Shown here: piece after piece, positions 43,648 to 54,486 of the stretch | Position numbering within the stretch: position 1 is the stretch's first letter | Layout: the number at the start of each line of letters is the position of its first letter | NCBI GenBank assembly: GCA_037379345.1 | Contig: CM074518.1 | Span: 744,001-808,000, forward strand | Origin: Perna viridis | Lineage: Eukaryota | Length of the DNA: 64,000 nucleotides | Direction of reading: 5' to 3' | The notes under the pieces: model-generated | Database searches by the model: none | What the model saw: the letters and a program-made list of their open reading frames with translations, nothing else | What the model was told of the DNA's origin: nothing | Made by a program: the position numbers and the translations under genes

Positions 43648-46197
43648 AATTTTTGATGGTACAGCATGCTGTACCTAACATTCTTGTAAAAAAAAATTAA
43701 AGGGGTATTTTACTCGGTAATTAATTAAGGCAAGTTCAAACCAATGTGTTAGTAACTTCTGCCATATCAAACTTTGGGAGCTACACCTCTGTTTTGCAAT
43801 CATGAAATAAGATGTGTATTATTTTCTGAGGTATCTTCAACTTTTGACTCATCTGAAATCAATCACCAATAAACCAAAGTAAAATTAGTAAAGAATCTAC
43901 ACCTGAGCCTTGCACATTATTGCCCCTAAGTTTCTCCTAATCTTACTGGGGGACAATAAAGGGAGCTAAATCCTTCATTAATGATAGAAACAAGAAGGAT
44001 TACTTTTAACAATATATGGAAGATTATCTGTTTATTTGAAACATTATCACCGACAATATCACCCCCAATATTTTTTTCATGACAACATACCCCCAATAAT
44101 TTTGTAGTAAAATCTCCCACTTTTATAACTGTACTTAAAATTTTCAGTTTTTTTATTCCTGCATAGAAAATTAGATGTAGCTTAAGATTTAGTAAACTGT
44201 CATATTTTATGACATCTTGGTTATACTTTTACATATGTCTACTGATAATCCTATTGTTTATTATGCTGTCATTTTTATCATAAAATTCTCAATGATTCTG
44301 AGATTTATGTTACTAATTCCTCTCTGGCAATAAAGTCCATCCCTTTAGTCTTCAACAAAAATCATAAAACCAAAGCTTATTATCCATAAAAGATCAGCAG
44401 TAAAATAAATCTCTTCAGTATAAAATTCAGATTACAGAAAAAGACATTAAAAATATCTAGAATTTCCCATATATTGAGACAAGAAAAGTTCTTAAGAGAT
44501 CAGAACCTAATCATTTTCTCAATAATATCTTACTTTTACAACCACATAACAAAAGATTGAAGTTCTTTACATATGAAAGGATCGGTTGGTAATCATCATC
44601 TGATGAAGGTTTTGGTCTATATGTCTTCATCAATATGTAATAAGCATCTTAATGACACTGATGACTCACCCAGAGTTCATTTTTTTCAATAAACTTTCTA
44701 AGAAAAGTCTAATTAGTCACGGTGTAATTCTAGGCTAAGAGTACATATTGTTTTATTTCCTTTTTTGTAATCTAAGTCAAGTCAATGCTCAACATAAGAC
44801 ACCTAATGACAAGAACTGACTATTTGTCAATTTACTAGCCTCATTCTCAGCAAATTAAATTGACTAATTAGTAATAGTCATTAGTGTTAAATGGTTTTAC
44901 TAAACTTTTCTAAATATGAACAGAAATAATTACCATAAAACTCTAAGTCCTGTAATACATGTATCATCTAGATTTTGTTAGTATTTTAAATACTTGATCA
45001 GATAATTTTCTTGTGTCTAATGCAATAATACTTTACAAAATATTCAGCCAAAAATTGAGGCCAAATAGCAACTATTATGCTTTATAATGACAGTAAAGTT
45101 TAGACAATGATCACTAGAATTAAATTATAAGATATAGTGTAGCCCAGAAGCCTACCTAAGAGGGGATATTGAGAATGTTTATCAATGTATAATATCATTC
45201 TCAATCCTTTGAAGTTGGTATCTCATTATTTTATAGAATCTCAAATCATGACAATAAACCCATTACAGGAGGTTTTGTCACCAATAATTCAGAAAGAAAA
45301 CTTAGCCTAATCGCAGTTTTCAGAGTAATTTCAATAAATTCATTGTTTTTCATATATAATTCATGTAACTACTAAGAAATAGAAGACATGGAGCTTATTT
45401 CCCACAGGCCAATACCATAAATCATGATTTCTTGCAATACTGGGTCTAGATTAAACTCTTTTTCAACCTATTTATCATCAATGCAAAATGTCTCAGAAAA
45501 CTGAATTCTCAGGAATTACCAACATTACTTCATGCACAGCATACATAATTTTTCAATATTTCATAAGAACATATCTGTCTCATATTGAATGTATATACAC
45601 CAGAGACACTCCATTACATAATATGATCCTCCTATAAAGTGTTGGATTCATCAAATAAGTTACAGGATATGTTTTTTGTTTTACTGGCAAAGGGACACAC
45701 TTTCCAGACATTTCCTTCTATTAAACTTTTCATTGGTTTCTTCCTCATCTTTTCCAAACATAATTCTCTCATAAATACAAAATATTCATGAGGACTTTTA
45801 AGAGGTCTAAGTATCAGTCTCAGCCAGCACACTTTGAACATATATGTCATCGATATACAAGTAGATGAGAAATTCAGACAATAAAAATAAATGTCATCAA
45901 ACAAAATACAAAATGTACATATGTTCAGTGTTATATTGAATCAAATGCTTTGTGGGAAATCTCCCTATTTATGAAGTCCAAAAAATGAGACATATATAAC
46001 AATTGAAAATGGAGCTAACACCAATAGAAATAAACTATGTGTGTATTTTCTAAAGTTTTGTAAAAGTGGGTGCAACTACTATTACCGTAAGTTAGAGTCG
46101 GAAAACTGTAAAATTCCTCTTAATGTCTGGCCACAGATTAATAGAAAGAGACAATTCATCCACATTTCACTAAAACTGTTGGCAGCATTATTGACTT

Positions 46198-46373
46198 ACT
46201 TTGAAAGTACTACTGTTCATTGGGTACAAATTTTCATGGTTATCAACTAAAAGGAGATTTCCACTGATGTGTATACTGAAAACCTCAGAACCACAAATTC
46301 AAGAATCCTCGAATTTGTGTTTCTTCCATAATCCACGAAAATTGGTATCCATGAATTAAAGTACTTTCACAGT
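46198..46373. mobile_element. Degenerate MITE-like element (ACTTTGAAAGTAC ... GTACTTTCACAGT)
   Basis: 13-bp imperfect terminal inverted repeat; subterminal CCACGAAAATTGGTATCCA motif. Confidence 0.5.
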
Positions 46374-46518
46374 GAAAAGTGTGAGTGATGGATAGATGGA
46401 CTGACAGACACAAGTATACCATAATATGTACCATCTAAAAAGACAGGCGTATATAAAAGAAAATCATATACTCTACTTAAAATTTTCTTTACATCAATTC
46501 TTGCTTTTTTTCCCATAG

Positions 46519-46697
46519 GTACACACTATTTTTACAATCTGTCAAGAGAATTACCGTGTGAGAAAATTTATCCAGTTTTCCTAATGTATGACTCTGAAGG
46601 TAAACTGGGTGCATTTGGTTGGTCATTCCAGGGATTTGCCTTAGACATGAGTGGATCAGATTTACCCTGGTTCAATTTAAAACCAGAGACATATCAG
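46519..46697 (+). CDS. Exon (G-THYFYNLSRELPCEKIYPVFLMYDSEGKLGAFGWSFQGFALDMSGSDLPWFNLKPETYQ)
   Basis: TTTTTTTCCCATAG acceptor and CAG|GTAAGC donor; phase 1/0. Completes the C-V-P-x-M-G-x-H-Y motif across the intron. Confidence 0.88.
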
Positions 46698-46737
46698 GTA
46701 AGCTAGAGAAGTAAAATTATTCTAAATTGGGGACAGT

Positions 46738-47113
46738 AACAAAGAGTTTACTAGGGCTATGTTTGGGGTAGAAACAAAGAGTTTACTAGGGCTATGTTAG
46801 TGACAAAAGCAAAGAGTTTACTAGGGCTATGTTAGTGACAAAAGCAAAGAGTTTACTAGGGCTACTTGACAATAGAAACAAAGAGTTTACAAGGGCTATG
46901 TTGGTGACAGTTACAAAGAGTTTACTAGGGCAACGTTGGCGATAGAAACAAAGAGTTTAATAGGGCAATATTGGCAATAGAAACAAAGAGTTTACTAGGG
47001 CTATGTTAGCGATAGAAACAAAGAGTTTACTAAGGCAATGTCAACAACAGTATCAAAGAGTTTACTACCACAAGGGCTATGTTGCCAATAGAAACTAAGA
47101 GTTTACTAGGGCA
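46738..47113. repeat. 35-bp minisatellite (AACAAAGAGTTTACTAGGGCTATGTT...)
   Basis: About 11 copies starting 40 nt after the exon donor. Confidence 0.9.
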
Positions 47114-47470
47114 ATAAATATTTTGTTAATTTTTTATCATTTATCTTTTATCTATATAACCATTCATTGTTTTATTATATGACCAAACATTCAATTGAGG
47201 ATTTTTCTGTTTATGGTAAGTCAATTCTCATTAAAAACTTGATAGACTAATTGAATCGAGATTGTTTAAACTTCACTGGTAAAAACATCAACAAAATAAA
47301 CTACATCCTTGTCATCATCAGTGGAAAACATTATTTTTAAGTCTGATCTTTGAGAAAAACTGAACAAAAATTAGTTTTAATCTTTTGTCAGGGTAATATG
47401 TCATTATATTAATTTTTTGATTCACCTGTTCAATGAGAAATTCCCTTTATATTTTTTTTTTTGGTTTTAG

Positions 47471-47773
47471 TTCACCTTCGACACTAGCAAGTTACCTCCA
47501 TGTATGTTCAATGAGAAATTTGAAGTGTTTGGTATACATATATGGTTAAAGGACCCAGACTCTGAGACAATGTTGTGTAAAATTGTCAGCAAACCAGAAG
47601 AAAAGCCATTTACAACTAGAGCACCACCAAAAGTGACTTATAAAACTGGCTATAGAAACCAACAAATTATCACAGCCAATAAGAATAGAAACAATCGTAA
47701 CAGCTTTAATTTGTCTTTAATTATTTTGTTGATTTTAACAAACTTAATTTCCAGAAGGTATTTTAATCTATGA
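47471..47773 (+). CDS. Last coding exon (FTFDTSKLPPCMFNEKFEVFGIHIWLKDPD...FNLSLIILLILTNLISRRYFNL*), hydrophobic C-terminal tail
   Basis: T-rich TTTTAG acceptor; phase 0; 100 codons then TGA. AATAAA candidates at ~48136, ~48251 and ~48334. Confidence 0.85.
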   Translation, partial: FTFDTSKLPPCMFNEKFEVFGIHIWLKDPDSETMLCKIVSKPEEKPFTTRAPPKVTYKTGYRNQQIITANKNRNNRNSFNLSLIILLILTNLISRRYFNL

Positions 47774-48380
47774 CCATACTACAGTTGAAATACATTGTTT
47801 TCTTATTTTCCTTTGTCTTCATTGTTATACTTTCATTATTATTAGAAAATGGGGGAAGGGTTAAATATATTCTTACTGAAAGAGCTATGTTTATGGTATT
47901 TATCAGAATTTGTTATGATTACCAACTTTTATTATAGATGTTATAACTTATTCATTTATTGTATACAAATACAGTATGTTTTCATTTTCTAATGATGACT
48001 TTGATTGTTTGCAAGTGAAGGGGCAGCAACTCTAAATGCTCTCATCAACTTTAATTTGCATTTAGAGTGGCCTCCCCTTCAATTTCCATAGTGAGAGGTA
48101 TCATTTTTGTCAAACTTAACTTAATTGGCTAATTACAATAAATTTTAATTGATTTCTTAAACAAATTTCCAAATTTTTCACCAAGAAAGATTCAAGTGAA
48201 GAATCAAACTGTAACTAAAGAATCTATACCAACTGTCAGTTTTAGAATTTAATAAACCTCTTTCTTTTAAATTTATTCTCACAATGAGCATCAGTTCAAC
48301 TGCAGAAATATCTGTATTGTCAGGAAAAGATAAATAAATAAATCCTAGTTCATAAAGTAATTATATGTCTAAAAGACTGA

Positions 48381-48537
48381 GACTTTCTTATTCACTCCAT
48401 CGGAAGGATGAATTGGCTTAGACTTTCTTATTCACTCCATTGGATGGATAAATTGGCTGAGACTTTCTTATTCACTCCATTGGATGGGTGAATTGGCTGA
48501 GACTTTTTCATTCACTCCATTGGATGGGTGAATTGAC
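48381..48537. repeat. 40-bp tandem repeat x4
   Basis: GACTTTCTTATTCACTCCAT at 48381, 48421, 48461 and 48501. Confidence 0.9.
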
Positions 48538-50651
48538 TGTCAAGAGTATGTCATTCTCTTCCAGAAACTTTGTTTAATAAATATGTTATTTCAACTATTT
48601 GAACCACAAATGCTGCTAACTGTTTGGACAAAAATAATAGAATACTGACACAAGTAGTATTAGTTATTGTCATGTGATCAAAATCATTAATGTTTATGTA
48701 TATTTAATGGTATCATTATTTTCACACATTTATCATGACAAAAGAACAGGTCATGTAGGAAGCAGACATAACACATAGTGAAGGATGATGAAAGTTAAAG
48801 AATTAGGTCATGACTTGTTAAAGTTCACTGTTTGAGCTAAAGCTATCATTTCATTAAAAATATAACATGGTGCTTAATACACTTCTCTAGACTACTGTTG
48901 CACTGTAGATTTTAATTAAGTTATCTCCCCTTCCAAGATGATACTGACCAATTTAATACCTTAAAGTAATAAGAAACAACAGGAAATGATAGTCAATTAA
49001 CCATTTTTGCTTTTGAATTCATCTCACTGTAAAAAGAACTAGAGTGAAAAGTTTAATGGGATTCATTGTTTTGATGTAAAAATTATAAAAAGAAGTTTAG
49101 ACTTCCTTCTAGTAATATAAAACATATGAACAGTCCACAATTATTAAGAGTAATATCCAAAAGGTTAAACTGCAATCACCTTCACTGGAAACAAGATCAC
49201 ACAGAAAGCTTAGTCTTTATGTATATGTAAAGAATAGTGTTCAAAAACACCAAAACAATTGTTACCTAAATCATGTTGCATCTTTCTTTAATTCTATTAA
49301 TAAAAATAATCCAAAATACTGCAAAAAAGGTAAAAACACCATTACTGGCTTCATCCTTAACAAGTATATATAATCCATGTCATTTTGGCAAGGGGAATAA
49401 CTCTTTAAATTAAGCTTTTCATTGATACATGTAGTGTAGTGCAACATATTAGAAAATGTTTTTTCTTTATTCCTCAAGTGCCCTCAAAAGTTTGTTTGTG
49501 CTCACTTTTATAAAATGATACACAGTTTTATCCTATGCATAATATTGTTATCATCAACAAAATTGGATTATCTTTCCTTGGAGGGGGTCTGAATGGGGTC
49601 CATATCTTCATCTACACTGTACCTATAAAATGGCTACCAAACATCCCCTAAAATATCTGAAGTAATTCTAATTTTAGAAATCATACATACATATGGTAGT
49701 GTTGTTCATACAATGTTAATATACAACAGAATTAAACCATTATACTATAGGCAATGATACAAATTATAGACAGAAAGCATAACAAAAGAAACATGATTTC
49801 CATTTGTTTATCATTGTTTTAATCTCATGGTTTGCCAAGTCAAGAGTATTTTACACCAGGGTGAAACAACACAGATTTCATCAATCATAAATAAGAGACT
49901 CTATTCACATCCCCTCAAATATGTGTATTCCATTCAAGTGTTTTTTTTCTGAGTGTCTAACTATAAAATGATTTTGTGAAAGGCTAACAGTGGTTTTTTT
50001 TTGTTCCCACACATCAAATCTGTAGCTTTGAATTAGTAAATTTTCCCAATTAATACTCGAGTTCAGTAAGAGTTAACAAATACCTGTAGAAAACATTACC
50101 CTCTGTAGACTCCTGTAATCATGTTAACAGTTAAGTGTATGCTCAAGCTGATTAGAGTGAATACACACTTTGTTTTACATGGTGTGCAGAGTACAACTGA
50201 TGAGTGGGAATAAATGTTGGTGTGATATGTGTGATAATACATGAACAGATGTAAGTGTGAGAGGTTGCTAGACTGTCAGAAGAATGAGGTTTCAGAGTGT
50301 ACAATTTTGTTATTGTATATTTGTTTTGAAATTTGTACACATTTGTGAAAAAATGTTGTAAATGACAAAAGATTCAAGTAAAATATATCATTGATTCTGT
50401 ATTAGTCTTTTCATTTAAATACAGTACATGGGGTTCTAGTGTGCATGTCTAAACAAGTGGTCATTCACTAAACATTAACAGCAAAGAAGGAAAACTACAA
50501 AGAATATGGCAAATGATCAAATCAAAAACAAAATGGCAGGCTTTCTCACTTTCCTGATGACCATATGGTTTTTGGTGGCAAAAATCAGTAAAATATAGAA
50601 AGTAAAATTACCAAAGTCTAAAAATAATAACCAAAATGAACTATTCAAATT

Positions 50652-50765
50652 ACAATACACATGCCAGACATATTCAGTCCATTCAGTATATCAGGTTTCT
50701 GTCATCAACAATACACATGCCAGACATATTCAGTCCATTCAGTATATCAGGTTTCTGTCATCAGC
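50652..50765. repeat. 56-bp tandem duplication
   Basis: ACAATACACATGCCAGAC... at 50652 and 50708. Confidence 0.9.
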
Positions 50766-51050
50766 AAACTTCAAATAATCATTAAAAGCAACCTATGTTT
50801 CAACTTTATAAGAATCAAATAATGCATTTTCAGAGGAGGGGTTGGTGCATTCATCTTTAGGGCACAAAGCCAATATCTATATTTGTCTGGCACCTATTTT
50901 CACTCCACTAATAACTTCATGAAAATTGGCAACTGGCAATATAATTTGCCACAATATTTAGGTCATAGTAATACCTGACATTTCTTAATTCTAAATCAAT
51001 GTAAGATAGATTTAAATAATGGTAATCAAATGAATAATAATAAGGAAAGC

Positions 51051-51267
51051 CAGTGTTCTAGGATTCCTATTTCCCATTACTCGGGGCAAGTGAAATTTGG
51101 GTCAGGGAAAGTTAGGTACTTAGTTCTACTTTCCTGCGGCAAGTTGAAAACTTCATATGCTGTAAGGATTTGTTTTGTTAGGAAAGCGGTCATTGACTGT
51201 GGGAAAGTTGATTTTATATGGATTTTTCCCGAGGAAACCTTAATTTTTTAAAAATCCTAGAACACTG
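51051..51267. mobile_element. MITE, possibly hAT-derived (TIR CAGTGTTCTAGGATT)
   Basis: Perfect 15-16-bp inverted repeat at 51050-51065 and 51253-51268. The flanks GAAAGC/GAAGC are only an imperfect TSD. Confidence 0.7.
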
Positions 51268-51646
51268 GAAGCCCTAAAACTATTAAACAAGGATTTGGAT
51301 TAGAACCATTCATCACATTCCAGCTGAACAAATTCTGCTTCAATAAGAATTTTTACAAAGATTGTTAAATAATGGCCTATTTTTGAAAACAGCATATTTT
51401 CAAAATCTTAATCACAATCATTGATTAAAAGAAAAATTGTAATCACAAATATGTCTGCCATCAGTGGAAACTTTGCAGATAAAATATTCCTCCCTGCTAC
51501 AATGTCATCCATGGATAACCCAAGGCAGAATGCACTTCATACAGCAAAACAATTGAAGTGCTGTCAATGAAAAATACAGTGAAATCAAGCTGATAATGGA
51601 TTAGGGCAACTTCAGATGACAGCACACACAATGTTAACAATCCTAC

Positions 51647-51738
51647 CTTTTGCCTTGTCAAACTGTTATAAAGCTTGAGCTGTGGAACCTCTGAACCCTC
51701 TGGGGGTGTCCACTTTGGTTGGGTCTTTTTCACTTTGG
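51647..51738 (-). CDS. CARS1: Exon of cytoplasmic cysteinyl-tRNA synthetase (KVKKTQPKWTPPEGSEVPQLKLYNSLTRQK)
   Basis: QPxWxPP...LxLYNSLTRxK is the characteristic N-terminus of eukaryotic cytosolic CysRS. Acceptor CTCTTTCAG and donor AAG|GTAGGA; phase 1/0. Confidence 0.85.
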
Positions 51739-51841
51739 CTGAAAGAGTTGTTTATATAATTGTATTATCCATCAAAAATATAAAATTGCATTGAAAACTA
51801 TGATTGTTTTAAAACTATTACACTTGAACCTTTCATAATAA

Positions 51842-52627
51842 ATTACCTAAGTGGAAATGCGAATAGAAGTTTTACTGTTGGTTATAATCTATTACCTAAG
51901 TGGAAATGTGAATAGAAGTATTACTGTTGGTTATAATCTATTACCCAAGTGGAATTGTGAAAGGAAGTTTTACTGTTGGTTATAATCTATTACCTAAGTG
52001 GAAATGTGAATAGAAGTTTTACTGTTGGTTATAATCGATTACCTAAGTGGAAATGTGAATAGAAGTTTTACTGTTGGTTATAATCGATTACCTAAGTGGA
52101 AATGTGAAAGGAAGTTTTACTGTTGGTTATAATCTATTACCTAAGTGGAAATGTGAATAGAAGTTTTACTGTTGGTTATAATCTATTACCTAAGTGGAAA
52201 TGTGAATAGAAGTTTTACTGTTGGTTATAATCTATTACCTAAGTGGAAATGTGAAAAGAAGTTTTACTGTTGGTTATAATCTATTACCTAAGTGGAAATG
52301 TGGAAGGAAGTTTTACTGTTGGTTATAATCTATTACCTAAGTGGAAATATGAATAGAAGTTTTACTGTTGGTTATAATCTATTACCGAAGTGGAAATGTG
52401 GAAGGAAGTTTTACTGTTGGTTATAATCTATTACCTAAGTGGAAATATGAATAGAAGTTTTACTGTTGGTTATAATCTATTACCGAAGTGGAAATGTGAA
52501 TAGAAGTTTTACTGTTGGTTATAATCGATTACCTAAGTGGAAATGTGAAAAGAAGTTTTACTGTTGGTTATAATCTATCACCTAAGTGGAAATGTGAAAA
52601 GAAGTTTTACTGTTGGTTATAATCTAT
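51842..52627. repeat. 49-bp minisatellite (ATTACCTAAGTGGAAATGTGAATAGAAGTTTTACTGTTGGTTATAATCT), ~16 copies
   Basis: Highly homogeneous tandem copies. Confidence 0.95.
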
Positions 52628-52749
52628 TTCACAATTTCCTTCTACTACATGTAGGATCTTCATGTGGTATAAGAAATATTTATGAAGTCCAACTTCTTTG
52701 ACTAAATGATTAAGTGCTTATATATGTTTATATTTTATGCGGAGGGACA

Positions 52750-53023
52750 ACATAGTCAGGGTGAATACCATCATCGCATTATAATGTATAACCACAAACT
52801 GCCTGCGATCAACATAGTTTAGTATAGTCAGGGTGAATACCACCATCACATTATAATGTATAACCACAAACTGCCTGCTATCAACATAGTTTAGTATAGT
52901 CAGGGTGAATACCACAATCGCATTATAATGTATAACCACAAACTGCCTGCGATCAACATAGTTTAGTACAGTCAGGGTGAATACCACCATCACATTATAA
53001 TGTATAACCACAAACTGCCTGCA
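52750..53023. repeat. 69-bp tandem repeat x4
   Basis: Direct repeat; the 23-aa periodic ORF is an artefact. Confidence 0.9.
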
Positions 53024-53279
53024 TTGTCCTTGTTTAAATTGGATTACACAATAAGTAAATACAAGAGCAGGTGACACTTTCTTATACTCATTGTCTTCAC
53101 TCAAAAAATGCTAATTTGTGGAAGAAAATGTAAATGTCACATTCTATATGTCATATTTAAAATAAATAAAGTTGAAAGTCTGAATATCAGTTGCATATGT
53201 TTTAAACAGAAGTACACAGTATTTCAATTTTTTTCCATACAAAATAAACATTAAGTTCATACCTCAACTCCTACAGGAA

Positions 53280-53630
53280 GTTTGCATATCGAAAAGCAAC
53301 CAATATTGGTTTCAACATGCGTTATCTACATGTATATGGAACTGCACACTAAATTTGAAATCAATCCATCAATTGGGAGCTGAGATTTTTGTAATGAAAA
53401 TTTTCTATATTATTCCATATAGTGAAAAATGGCGAAGTCCCACAAAGCAGGAAGTTGGTATCCAAGAACAACCAAAATGGCTTACCACATATGCCACACA
53501 CTAAATTTGAAATCAATCCATCCATTTGGAACCGAGACAACTGCTACAAAAATTTGGATGGAAGGATGGACAGAATGACAGACAGACACACATGGTGATT
53601 CCAACATACCACCATGAGTAGGGGTGTAAA
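53280..53630 (+). mobile_element. Possible non-autonomous Helentron/HINE (pearl/CvA-like) remnant
   Basis: Two ~150-bp monomers (CACACTAAATTTGAAATCAATCCATC twice), a GGA(T/C)/GACA microsatellite and a short terminal imperfect palindrome. A similar end lies at ~46385-46457. Confidence 0.4.
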
Positions 53631-54486
53631 TGATGTGTCTACTATTCCTAAGCCATCACTATGGAGGAACACATAGGAACAGATGATAAATTGAGTAGTT
53701 TGAGTTTATACATGTAGCTGAAGAGGTTCCGGCATTTAAATGTTTATACAAACATATGATTGATACTAATGATTGATCTAATTCAGTAGAAAAGGGAACA
53801 GATATGATGAAATGCAACAAATACACCATGGTATAATCAGTGTCAATATGAGAAATCAGGAGGTCTGTAAAAACAACCACATTGATATGTACTAAGGCAC
53901 AAATAAATATCACAGATAAAGCACAGTTTCCATGAAAATATCAATACAATTCAAATACTCAGTTATACAACGTTTTTTTGACGCAGTCGTAATTGCTTCA
54001 CTTTTTACCCTTTGACCTTAAAGATGCTCTTCTATGGAAACTCAAGTCACTGACTGCAATCCTGCTCTCTGATTGGCCAAATACTGATAATTTAGTGGCA
54101 TTGGGAAAAAAATGAATTGAACATTGTGTGCCATGTGTTAATGTAGAAAATTATAAGTAACAAGAACAAAATTTTACCATGTCAGCTATCTTTTTTTTAT
54201 AGATAGTACTTGTATTTAATCATTTTGATTCATTTTTTTCATATGTTTCGGAACCATACTCACTAGCCATTGAAGATGCCTGAAGGACTTGAATGACTGC
54301 TACTGTCTTATGGTTGATATTGCACTGATATTGATTGAGGGCCTTCAATAAAGGTCTATATAATGCCATCCAATGATAAAACTATCAATATCTGCAAAAG
54401 ACAAACAAAATTATAACAAACTGATGCATAGAAAAACAAGGAAAACAGAAAACAAGACTCACTAAAGGAAACCAAAGCTCACCATC

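Noticed and set aside
43393-43678. Mucin-like VDTAP / GAVSTT ORFs
   Set aside because: 27-bp tandem repeat. The flanking + strand exons already join in phase without it.
51497-51646. C-terminal part of the 78-aa ORF after NSLTRQK
   Set aside because: Intron read-through past the AAG|GTAGGA donor; CysRS similarity stops there.
54178-54391. Possible extra CARS exon on the - strand ending in ATG|GTAAAA
   Set aside because: Stop in the frame entering from exon 1, and the terminal ATG is phase 0 whereas the 51738 exon needs phase 1.
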